Assembly (NCBI RefSeq): GCF_041956535.1
Contig: NW_027192211.1
Location: 304,684 to 368,683 of the forward strand
Source: Calcarisporiella thermophila CBS 279.70
Lineage: Eukaryota; Fungi; Calcarisporiellomycota
DNA: 64,000 bases
Direction: 5' to 3'
Both the position numbers and the translations under genes were made by a program. The notes beneath the pieces are model-generated. The model was not told the origin of the DNA, searched no databases, and worked only from the letters and a program-made list of their open reading frames with translations. Positions 37,931 to 49,722 of the stretch are shown in pieces (within the stretch, counting starts at the first letter, position 1; every line of letters begins with the position of its first letter).

Positions 37931-39263
37931 ATGTACGCGTCTGCAAACTACAGCACGCTCTCGCTCCTCTCCTCGACCGCATCCTCCTCGCCATACCAGC
38001 GGCCGCACCCCGCTCCCAACGCCCTCACACACTACTCGCTGTCCGCAGCCAGCTCGCCAATGTACCTCCAAAATCCCGCCTCCGCCTCAGCCCTCTCCGC
38101 GCGCCCCTCCTCGCCCCAGCTGACCCAGCAGCAGCAGCACCACCCGGATCCCCTCGCCACCGACTCCTACAAATCGCACCCAGCCTACTCCGCCCTCACC
38201 CCCGCGTACTACCCGTGGAATTCGGCCCACCTGTCGTGGTCCTCGGCAACATGCGCGGCCGCCGCCGGGGGCGCCGCCGGCGGAATGGTCTCGGGAATGA
38301 CGATGCATGCGCCCCCTCCAAAGCCGCGCCTGACAACCACCGTCTGGGAGGACGAGGGCACCTACTGCTACCAGGTCGACGCGCGCTCGGTGGCCGTGAC
38401 CCGTCGAGAGGGTAAGTGGAGCTGAGACGCTCGGCTGACTCCCCCCCCTTCCCCACTTGTACTAACCCATCCTCTCCCGCCTTGCCTTCGCCCGCGCAGA
38501 CAACGACATGGTCAACGGGACAAAGCTCTTGAACGTGGTCGGGATGTCGCGCGGGAAGCGCGACGGCATCCTCAAAAACGAAAAGGGGCGCGTGGTGGTC
38601 AAGGTCGGGGCAATGCACCTCAAGGGCGTGTGGATCACCCTGGAGCGCGCCCGCTACCTCGCCCACCAGTACAAGATCGAGGACGTGATCTACCCCCTGC
38701 TCACCGACGACCCGAAGCCGTTCGTCCAGATCTCTTACCCGTACGTGCGCGCAACGCTGGGCTCTGCCGCGGCCGGGGGCTGGCCGAGAGCCTACCTGCC
38801 CTCGTCCGGAGTCGCGGCCCAGATGCCCTCGATCAATGGCTGCTACTCGCAGCCGGGGGCCACCATGCCCGCCGCCGTCTCCTACCCCTACTCCTACGCC
38901 CACGCTCAGCCGACCCACGCGTATCCATCGCCCATGTCGGCCTCGCCCGCCAGCAGCGCCTACACCTCCCCTAACCATCACCACCACCACCACCCCCAGC
39001 AGCATCACCAGGACCATGAGCTCAGGTCGCATTTGCTAGATAGTCACCCCCAGCAGCAGCAGCAGCAGCAGCAACAGAAGCAACAAAACCCAACCACAAA
39101 ACAACCATCGCAACCACAGCAACCACAACCGCAGCAGCAGCAGCAGCAGCAGCATTCAAAATCGCATTCAAAGGAGATGGCCACTCCCTCGTGTCTCATG
39201 GCCTCCACCCCCGTAGCTCAACACAACCAGCCATCTGTAAATACTATCCCTCATTGTTATTAA
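37931..39263 (+). CDS. stuA: APSES transcription factor, StuA/Sok2/Efg1 type
   Basis: [19 protein letters not shown]...RRE|[44 protein letters not shown], with polyH and polyQ tail. Confidence 0.93.
39052..39152 (+). repeat. (CAG/CAA)n polyglutamine-coding microsatellites in the APSES gene
   Basis: cagcagcag runs at ~39052-39075 and ~39132-39152. Confidence 0.85.
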
Positions 39264-39703
39264 TTTTCATTGTGCGTGTGGATTAATAGGGCTTTGCGTG
39301 ATGTCGTCCACGTTTTCTCTTCTCTTTATGATATGGATTCTAATCTCTTTTATTTTTTATATACAAGTATATAGTATATACCTTATTGTTTACTATTCCC
39401 CCCTCCTCACACTTGTCCCTTTCTTGACTTTGTCTTTTTTTCTTTTTTCTTGTGTGTGCGATATTCTAGATATCCTTAGATAACCAATAAAAGTCGTCTG
39501 GATATGATTCGGCCCTCGAGTGGGAGAGGAAGGGGGTTGGCTAAGCTGTGGTTTGGTTTCTGACCAAGGGGGAATTTACAAAAAAGCGATGAATGACAAA
39601 TAGAGAATAAATAATGCAGCAACGGGGGAGAGAGGATGCAAGCTGATGCAATGCAGAGGAGGGAAAAAAAAAATGTTGCCCTAACCGGACGAAAATGCTA
39701 ACC

Positions 39704-41730
39704 TCATTCCATGCCCTTAGCATACGGGAAGACCTGGTGGTCGTAGAGCAGCTTTCCATCGGGCCCGTAGTGGAACTTCTCGTAGCACTCCTCGCAGAAG
39801 TAGGTGGGGGTCTCGCCCGCCGGTATGTCGTTGACCGTGATATAGCTGGAGCGGCGAGGAAATAAAAAAAAAGAACGGGTCAGCCCCCTGGAAAAGGCAT
39901 GGCGCCCAAAACAGAGGAGTGTTCACTGCACTTACTTAGCAGGGAAGATCTGGCATTGTCTGCATTTGGGCCGGAATGCCCTGCAGCGAAATAGCTGCCG
40001 TGGGTAGGATTTCAAACGTTGATCGTCCTGTTTGTTCAGGAGGCGGACCTGGCGGAACGTCACGATGTGCTCACACTCGCCCTGGTGCATCAGCACATAG
40101 GGATAGTGGAGGCGGATGGCCAGGTCGACGAATTTGGTCTCGCCCATCACCCGCGCCTCGGGGGCAAGGCCCCCGTAGAAGACGGACCGCGACTCCCGCT
40201 TCAGCCACTCGATAATCGGCCTAGCCAAAGAAAAAAAAAACAGTCAGTCCGGCCTTCAGAAAAGCCTTTGGGGGGAGGGGGGTGGGAAGAAGGCGAAAAG
40301 GGAAGGCGTGGACCTACTTGCTGTAGTCCTGCGCTTGAGCATAGCGAAGGTCGTTGTAGAACACGTTTTCAACACACAGGAACGACGAGGACACCTTGCG
40401 TCGCTGGGTGTTGATCGAGGCTTGGTGTGGATCGGACACGAGAAAGTCCGACACGCAGGCCATCGCATCCCGGAGAACGGTGAGGGGCTGCTCCCCGAGG
40501 ATCTCGAATCTCTGGAGAAGCGTGCCTGGGCGATTCGCCACGTCAATATCCACTGTCAGCACCAGGTCGGGGGCCGTGACGTGCTCGTCTGAAGTTTGGA
40601 TGGACACGTCCTAAGGGAAGGGGGGAAAAGTTGGCGCCTTGAGGAGTCCACTGCATCATAGGTTTGATTTACCTGCTTAAACACGGGTGCAAAATTCATC
40701 CCTAACCGCCGCCTTCCACTCAACACGACCCTACTCTCCCGCCTAAAGAGGATGGCGGCTATGTTCAGTATTTCCAGGCTCCACACCAACAAATACAAGC
40801 TTCATCTCACTTTAAAGTTTGAAGAGACGATTGATCAAGCGTCTTGATCATCTCCAGATACTTTCGTTCGACATCGGTCAAAGCCTCTGACTGCTTCCTC
40901 GACGGCTCCTCCCCCTCGACCGCGGAAACTTGGCTTAGTAAATGGATCCCCGAGGGGGTATTGCCGGCTTCAGGCGGGTCCGAGCTGCTGTTCCCCTGGC
41001 CTAAAGACACACGTGAATGAAATCCACCCCTCCGTCACCATCATGCTCAAGTAGATTATACTGACCCTCGCCCTGCTTGGAAAACTTCATCAGCAAGGCC
41101 GGCACTTTGGAGGTCGACTCGCGCGTATACCGCCGCAGAACTTCCCCCCATTCATTCTCCGGCAGCGGAGGCTGTTGGAGCTCACTGTCCCACTCGTCAT
41201 TCTCGTCCGCCTCTCCAGCAACCTCGGTTAGGTCATTTCGCGCATTCTCCTCTCCCCCAACCCCCCTACGAAGATTGTCTGGACGCTGTCCACTCTCACT
41301 CTCTGCTCTGCCCTCACTCAGACCTTCTCGCTGGACACCGTGCACCGCAGCTGAGTTTGCACTGGAGCCTGCATTCAGGCTTGCAGTCATGGGGCGGCCC
41401 CGCTTTGCTCTCGTGATCTTCTTCTCCTCCATGTCCATGTCGTGCCGCTGCCGCAGCAAGGAATACATCATCGGATCACTGAAGATCTGCTTCGTCTTCA
41501 TAATCTGCTCTCGGACACTATAAATTTGCGTGATTGCCTGATTAAACTCGATGAATTGTCATAATTTTCTTTTTCACGGTAGCTTACTCGAACCGCATCT
41601 CTCCACCAATGCTGTTGAGCCGATCCAGCTGGCCGCGGAATGGATCGCTGGCATCCTGGGACACAGAGAGGGTGTTCAGCTCCTGGAGCACCTCGCGGAG
41701 ATGGAGAAGGGCTTGGATCTCCTGCGTCAT
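39704..41730 (-). CDS. SNAPC3: snRNA-activating protein complex subunit 3 (SNAP50); start codon uncertain
   Basis: FEILGEQPLTVLRDAMACVSD, SFLCVENVFYNDLR, DLAIRLHYPYVLMHQGECEH, CRQC, and FCEECYEKFHY (SNAP50 Zn-finger domain). Confidence 0.88.
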
Positions 41731-42243
41731 AGTGGGCGATGTTCCTAAGAAAACCTCAAATCTCCTATGGGTCAAATCGTAAAAATTTGGCGTGACTTGT
41801 TTTTCCTCATTGTACAGATGAAAATGTTTCGTCTAATTTTCAACTCTTTTCTTCCCAACTTTGAGAGAAATAGGGAAAGGCTTTGACAGCCAAGCATCCA
41901 TGATAATTGCACTGCACGCACAAAAAAAGAGAAAATTATATGATATCGAATGAAAAAACGAACTCGCCCCATCAAGAGCAGATATCGCGTTTGCGACCAA
42001 TGGAGGGAACGAGTTATTCAGGGGGGCGAGCGCCACTCCATACAGAGTGCCGTACTCTACTAACTCAGCGAGGGAGGAGGGAACGCGTCATTTTCTATTT
42101 ATTACTCGACCGAGCCAAAAACAGGCATCTCCAAGGCCATTGGAAGCATCGGCCACCTCGCAAAAGAGAATTTATGCACTATAATCTGTATATTATAACC
42201 ATGAAAAGACACACATTTACACACACGATGTCATCTCACTACA

Positions 42244-43300
42244 TCAAGCAGTTGAACCGCCATTCTGTATTTGTTGCGAGGCGGCAGCACCTTCTGTGGT
42301 AGGAGCGGCAGATATCGGGGTGGGTGACTATGGAAAACAGAGAAATACGGATCAGCCATCGGGAAACCTCCACGAAAACAATTGGAGGAAAGGATACTGA
42401 CATCGGTTTGCATATATGAGTCCATCTCCGCATCCAGCTCCTCAGCCGATTTTGTCGGCCGAGTGCTAACGGCACCTCTCGCGCCGCGCCCGCCCCGGAA
42501 TCCACCGCGCATTCCTCCACGCCCTGCTCTTGATGCAATTCCTCCCCGCGGTATGAAGCCATTGTTCTGCAACCCGGCCTGAGGCGTACTTGACAAAGTA
42601 TTTGCTGCTGCTTGCCCTGGATTTAGCACGATTTCGATTTTCATGGGCCGGCCTGTTTAGGAGGGGGACACGAGCAAAAGGTTAGAGCTAACTAGAGCTT
42701 GCCTAAGGATGGATCATTACCATCGAGTGTGACGTTATGGAACTTTTGGAACGCTCGAGAGGCATCAACGGAGCGTGCAAACACAATGGCGGCTGTGCCC
42801 TTGCTCTGTCCGCTCTGGTCAAAGTTCAGGGTCACCTTCCGCAAGGGCCCAATTTGGGTTCCAAAGAGCTCCTACAGAAGAAACACGGTGAGATGCCCAG
42901 TTATGACGCATTGAATCATGTCTCTGTCCTCATGGAACATCCTTGAAGGAGATGTCGCCCTCCGGCTCACCTTGAGATCCTGCTCTGTCACGTTAAAATG
43001 GAGATTGGAAATAAAGATTTTGGATCCTGGATCGTTTTGTCCTCCTGCCATCCCCGCTACTCCCCCCATGGCATAGTGCGGTGTCATGTATGCAGTCCTA
43101 GCTGCACCGTAAGGAGTCGGGCGCGTGTAACGCTTGTTCACCCCGCCGCGCACAAATCCACCTCCTCTTCCTCCAAACCCACCTCGATTGGGCACAAACC
43201 CACGGCCGCGACCTCGGATGTTAGTGCGGGGCTGTGAGGAGATGATATCATCAAGGGACATGTCGAGGGCTGCATTGCTGTTGGAACTCGGTGTAGTCAT
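42244..43300 (-). CDS. YRA1: mRNA export adaptor Yra1/ALYREF (REF-N, RGG, RRM, REF-C)
   Basis: LDMSLDDII, RGG boxes, RRM KIFISNLHFNVTEQDLK|ELF...SKGTA...TLDG|RPMKIEI, and KSAEELDAEMDSYM. Confidence 0.92.
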
Positions 43301-43649
43301 GACTTAATGTTGGGAGAATGGTGGGGATCGAATGGTGAAGGGAGATCGTGCTCCTTGTATAGCTAATGAAGAAGAACAAAGAGAATGGCTGCGCCTCAAA
43401 CCGGTCCTGGATCTCCGCTAGGAGATAAACTATGACAGGATCGTGTGGCCTTTTTCCAGATGTCTACTGCCCTATTACGGTCAGAAAAAGGAGGCCGCCT
43501 TAAAAGAGAGAGTCCACGATATGGCGGGATAAACAAATGTGGGAGGGGCATCCGAATTCGAAAACGTAAATGTTGCTTTTGGCGTTTTATTGTTGAAAAA
43601 AAATAAAAAACATCGTGTTCGTGGCAACAACATATTATGTACAGGACTT

Positions 43650-46600
43650 TTATACATTAAACGACATGACGGCATCGCCCACATGCAGCCGGACGCTCTT
43701 CTCTCCGGCCCACTCGAAACGCACCGACTGAAGCAGCGTGGGCACGTACTTGCACGTGTTCTCCTGCGTCTCCCCAAAGTTAAACGTGAAATTCTGCGCT
43801 GGCTTCTGGACGGAGCTGAGCAGCGATGCGGCGCCCGTGGCGCTGGCAAACACCCCGAGGAGTCCGACGCTGAGGTGCCAAATGCACACCCGGCCCTCCT
43901 CCACCGAGCACGAGACCACGATTTTACCGTCGGCGGAAAACGAGACGGCGGCCACAGCGCGTGCATGGTCCTCGAGAATGGCCCAGCGCGTGGCGGAGCG
44001 CAGATCGAACACCACCACCGCGCCCTCGAGCGTCCCGACCGCGAGGCGCTGCGACCCCTTGTGGAAGTCGACGAAGGGGTAAGTTCGCACCATATCATGC
44101 AGCACGACGGACGTGGGCTGGAGCACGGCCTCGCGCATGCCGGGGGTGTTTGGGTCGAGCGACCTGACAACAGACTCCGCGATCTGGAGGACGCTCCCGA
44201 ACAGGACCACCGGCTTTTTCCGCACCAGCATCGAGAGTAACCTCATGTTGAGCACCTGCTCGGCGGGATTCTTCGTCACCAAAAGATCGTGGATCAGGGT
44301 GGGCAGAAATAACTCCGGGGTAATCTGCGCTATCTGCAAAATGGCCAGCCGAGCCACGCGGACGACGGCGGCCTCTGTCGGGGAGAGCGAGTCGGGGTGC
44401 TGATCGTTGGCAAGCGAGAATAGAGTGCGGATGACCTCGCCCGCTTTAAGGTGGGGTTCCCACGTTGCAAAGCCGCGAGAAAGCAGTTCGATGGCGGGAA
44501 TGCGCCAAGAAGATTTCGAGTCGTCGCTGAGGAGTATCATAAGGGAAAGGGCTACGGCTTTACGTGTACTAACAAGAGGAGGGGGAGGGGGATACAAAAG
44601 AATAAAAAAATCGTTAGAATCAAGTGCAAAGTGGAAGGTGAATGGAATGAGGGGGAAGTGTGGGAGGAGGGGGGTACCCCAAACATACTCTTTAGGAAGC
44701 ACTGATGGATAGTCCGCACCCATGATCCCCAATATAATGGTTGACCGCAGCATATATTGTGGGGATGCGGATGAGACCGCAGGCAGGTACTCCTCCCAAC
44801 TGCGCACGGTCTTGTTTTGCTCCTCCTCCGTCATCTTTGACAATGAGGCGATAAACAGGGATCGCGCCGCCTCTTGGATATCGGATTGCGGATCCTGCCA
44901 ATATTTCGCAAGTTGGGCCAGGGCGGGTAATCGGTAAGCGGGGCCGACGGAGTCCGGCAGCAGGCTACCATAGTGGGTCATGAGTTGGCTCGAGTAGGGC
45001 TCAAGCCCTTGGACGGAAAGAAGGGACCGGGTCACCGCTATGATTGAGAGAAGGCGCATCGCAGACATGTTACCTGACACGCACCAGCACGCTTTTCCAT
45101 CAGCATAGCACGGCGACAGGACAGAGAAATAGCCATTAGCTCTAATAAAAATATAACAAAACCACCTTGAGCATCCCACAGGAAATGATTGAGCATGTGG
45201 AAAAGGCCGGATTTACCCCCGAAGGCCAACTGTGACCGTGCGGGATGGCCGTGTGATGGATAACTTTTCACTGCATATCTTGTCCACCTCTTCGTCGGTA
45301 TTCCAAGTCACCAGGGCGGACACTAGTGCACGTAAGGTCTGTGACTCCGTCGTTTGGGTCTGTTTCGACGCTGCGACCATTAATCCTGTGGCGGAAGGAG
45401 GGACCACGGAGGAGGATGTCGTCGGGAGAGAGGGTGCCTCAGTCTCCTGCGAATGGTTGGCTTCTGGAGCAGAAACGCTGATTTCGCTCTCCTCACTGGG
45501 CGAACCCGGGTGCATGGAGCCTTGGTAGATGGCAGAAATTAGATTTTTGATGTTCACGAGCAGGACAGTAGGTTGAGAGATGGGCATGAGGCTTGCAATG
45601 GATTGGCGCAAACTTGCTTTCTCGTCTCTTTGACCGAGCGTACTAAACACAACAATATCGGTCGATAAATCACCCCATTGTTTAACTACATGGTGGTGGT
45701 CCCTTTAACGCTATCAGCTACATACCTCATCGGCCACTTAGTATCGTTTAAAATATCTGCTGCGGTGGCACCGTTCACCACGCGGTTAAGATGCGCCGTC
45801 TGCAACTCCCAAATAAAGGCGGTCCCATCCTCGTACATGAGCGCCAGAAAATCCTCGTCTATTCTCCATTGAATGGTGCGAGGTGGGTAAGGATGCCCCG
45901 GGAATAAATATAAACAACTCATCTCCTCGAGAGAGATGATCGACACGGAATGGTCCTCTGCAATGGCCACCACACAGCCCTTCAGCCGGGGGCTGAGGCC
46001 CTCGGTCGGCGCCTGTAGCAATTTCACAATTGGATAGGCGTGATGCCACAGGGTCGTGTGGGTCTCACTCCCCAAGCTCCAAACCCGTAGACCATCCCCC
46101 CCAGACACCAAGTACTGGTCCTCCCCACATGAATTCTCGTCATCCCTGTTCCTCTTACCAAGCTCGGTGGCAATTGCATTTGCACTCGAATCTTTGTCCC
46201 CACACCAGAGTAAGCAGTTGACTTGACGCGTGTGGCCCCGCAACCGACGCACGCTACTGGAGAAAGCCATCCGACTAAAATTAGGGCCCTGAGCCTCAAA
46301 GTTGGTAAAAATCTGTGAAATAGGCAAAATGAGGATGTCGCCTGTATCTAAATCATGGGTCACCCACGTCAAAGGGAAGGGCAAAGTTAGGCTCAGCGAC
46401 GGAGAGTTCTGCAGTAGCAGGAGAGCATCCATACCATAACCATACGCCATGAATTTCTCGGAAATCATGGCGGTTGAGGTTATCTTTGGACCCGCGTGTT
46501 TTTCCAGTGGCCATAGATCTGATAGCAGCTTTGCTAATCACCGAACACAAATGTTAGCACAAGGATTGCGTGAATAGATCAATGGGTGAGGCATTTTATA

Positions 46601-48248
46601 AACCTTGAGGGGCATATTTATTATCGTGTTCAACCGGAAGACTTATGGTGAAGAGGGCAACATTTTCACCCGAAAAACTAGCCACCACCCACCTATCGCT
46701 AGAGGAAGACAGCCTTTCGATAGCAGTATAGGTGATGATTCCTAGGGGTCATGCAAAAAAGGGAGAGGAGGGAAATGAGAGGACAGTATTAGAGGGGGGG
46801 GGAGGGAGGAGGGTTAAACTATTTGCAAATTTAAAACGAATGACGAGTCTATACTTGAGATGTCTCCGGAAAATACTCGAGATGCAACAGGCCTAAAAGT
46901 AAAGGTAAAACATCAGCTAACCTCGGAGGAGAGGCTGGAAATTATATCTCCCAATGGCTATGGATAGATACTCTTTAGCTGAGTTCCCCTCAGAGCTGGT
47001 TGCGTCTTTCAAGGAATAGGCATAGATATCCCCAAACTAGAACAATGGAGTTCGTATTATTGTCATTTATCCAGGCACTCATGTTGAGCTATTTTTACCT
47101 CGCTCCAAACTATTATTTGCTCTGCTGATAAAAATTTTGCTCCAACCCACCGACCACTCTCGGGAATGCACTTGACTTTTAGGAAGGAAGAGACTCTATC
47201 TGCCGCCAACTGAACCACCTATTTCGAACAGGAAAAAAAAAAATAAAGATTTTTTCATCCCATTTAAACTATCTGAATCGCATACGTGAATACATTCAGG
47301 CGACAATGTCAGCACCATATCCTTGCGCCATTCATTCATAAGCAACTCTTTCACTTGGCGGCAATCCTCAAGCATGAGTATGCCCTCGTTGATACGGGAG
47401 ATGACGAGCTGCTCGTCGATGGACCATGTGCTTAAGAGGCCGCTGAACGTCGCGGTAAGGAGAGTGGAGCTAGTCGTTTCTATCTCGAATGGTCAGTGAG
47501 AATGGAAATGGTGGGTAGAAATGGAAAGCCTCACCTTGACCCTGGAATGGTGAAACAGTGGCCCAATTCTTATGCCCTCCCCATATCCGAATTGTCTAAA
47601 AACCCAATAATAAAAATGCCTCCATTAGCAAATACGTAACAGCGCAGGTCGAAATGGAAAAAGATACCTCCAAGCTTATTAAGTCCAAAATACATATCTC
47701 GCTCATTAAGCCCGAAATTAAGAGATACTCTTTTGAAAATGCTTGGTATATTAAAAGCTTTAAGGGTTTGCCACTATAGCCCCGAGAATTCACGGCAAGG
47801 CACCGGCCATCCAATAGACTCCAGCGAGCAATCTCACTAAAAGAAAGATAAATGCTTCACGTATAAATCCTGAGCGCACACAAGTGAAGGGATGTGGCAT
47901 TATTACCCGTCCGCTGCCCCGCTCACAATGGCTCGCTCCTCCTCGTCCTCTTCGTTCGTCACTACTACACACGTCACCGGAGCAGAGTGGCCAACAAGCA
48001 GGAGTTTGGGCAACAGCTTGTTCACAGCCAAGCACCCCTAAATCAGTTTTCATTTTACACAAACTTGATGCACCCGAAGGCAAAAATACCTGGATCTCTT
48101 CATGTTCCGAATGCTGAATACTCCAGATTAGTAGAGTGCCGTCACTGTGTCCAGTCACTATGTAGGAGGATGTCGCGTATGTACACGTTACATCAGCAGA
48201 CGGAGGGCAAGACCAGAGCACTAGAGGAAGGATTAAAGACGAAGCCAT
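43650..48248 (-). CDS. WDR7: WD-repeat protein WDR7/WDR72 (rabconnectin-3 beta)-like
   Basis: Start MASSLILPLVLW, IVTGHSDG, LLVGHSAPVT, GHTRQVNCLL, FPGHPYP..IQWR, AIELLSRGFATWEP and C-terminal WD repeats. Many short introns. Confidence 0.88.
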
Positions 48249-48908
48249 ATAACACTGACGCGGATATACTATACAACTCCAATTTTTCTAATGGGATTCA
48301 AAAACTCGGCCGCCACTATGACTTTTCTTCACGTCTTCTTTGCCATGAGCAAGTGGCTTGTTGAAGATCTGCTGGGAGGCCGGGGCCACAGTCACGGCGT
48401 GCTCCGAAGAATCTCATTTCCATGCCAGAAAACTGGCTCAGCAATTTGATGTTTGGTCGATCTGCAAATAACTGGATGCACTTCGCTTTGGCCCTATCCG
48501 GTCTCTCGTTTTAAACTCAAGAGCATCATAAAATAAACCGTCCGACACATCACATAATCATACTCCTATATCAGGTTCAACCCTACGGCAGTGTCTTTCC
48601 TTTCACCCCAACTAACTCAATTTTTGCCTCCATTCTTCCTTCTCTCCCTCGGCACTTCCCTCTTGGTCTATAATTGTGGCCTGCAGGCCTTGCTTTGGCC
48701 GTCCGCCTCGTAAGAGGTGCCTGCAGTGTCCGTGAACCCATTCGTAAATGGCTTTGGCAGCAAAGTGCGATAGAGTTCCACTGTCCGGCAGCCAAATAAT
48801 GTGCATTATAAAACATCGATGAGTCCCAAAGTGCCACCAATAAATAGGAGATGGCGTACGACTGAAAGCCTATACATTCAGAATTCCTTTACTAGCGTGA
48901 CTTGAAAC

Positions 48909-49300
48909 GCACCCAACTTGGGTGCCATTCGTGTCAAATTGGGTCTTGTAAAGACTAGTAAAATCAATAATGACGCTAATCTTCTCTGCGGAAGCTCCCT
49001 AGTCATGGGGAGAGAGGAGGGGAGAATGATCGCCATACTTGCCTGGTTTCAAACCTGCGACTCCAAAACCTCACTGCCTCAACTCGGGTGGGCCGAGCTT
49101 GGCCCAAGTACGATTAAACAGGTCGGCTCCTCCACCCGGGGCGCAAGCCGAGGGAGGGGAAATGGCAAGAGATGCTTCGGGGCAGAGATATTCGACGGGC
49201 TTGCGTGGAGCCGCGTCCCGAGGAGCGACCTGTGTGGAAATGGATGCAGATTCATGGAGGAGTGGGGTGGCACAAGCTCTCGAGAATCGCGGGCCTTTTC
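48909..49300 (+). ncRNA. Candidate structured non-coding RNA (unassigned)
   Basis: Nested helices 49054-49060:49287-49293, 49069-49080:49257-49267 and 49118-49132:49220-49233 (14 WC bp, 1 bulge), plus a GCAA tetraloop. G-U pairs favour the + strand. Hand folding only. Confidence 0.4.
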
Positions 49301-49722
49301 ACGTTTTTCTCAAATTGCGGCGATGCACTCGAAAACGGGTCGCCCAAAAATGCGAAAATGAAATATTGTAGAAGTAATAACTCTTGTATTAACGATCGAG
49401 TTTTCCGGTCTGTTCCCGCTGCCGCCACCCCCGACTCCCCGCCTTTGTTTATTTTTTTTTCCCCCAGGCCTTGTCTCGAGGAACGCAAGCTCGCCTATTT
49501 CCCCCGCCCCCTCCCCAACTCATCGTGCGCTTCATCCGCATAGTACCTCTGCTTTTCCCTCTAATGACTTTCATCTCTCATTGCCTCTAAAATCTCTCCA
49601 TCATTCCCCTAGTCTATTTTATCCCTCCTCCGCATATCATTTTACACACCCATTCGTAAATTACAATGCCATGTTGCGCTTTGCCACCAGCATGTGCTCG
49701 TTTGCCTGTCGGCATTCGGATT

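Noticed and set aside
42328-42400. U12-type donor GTATCCTTT in the last YRA1 intron
   Set aside because: It overlaps a normal GTCAGT donor 4 nt upstream that gives a sensible frame. The branch site is U2-like (GCTGAT), with no TCCTTAAC.
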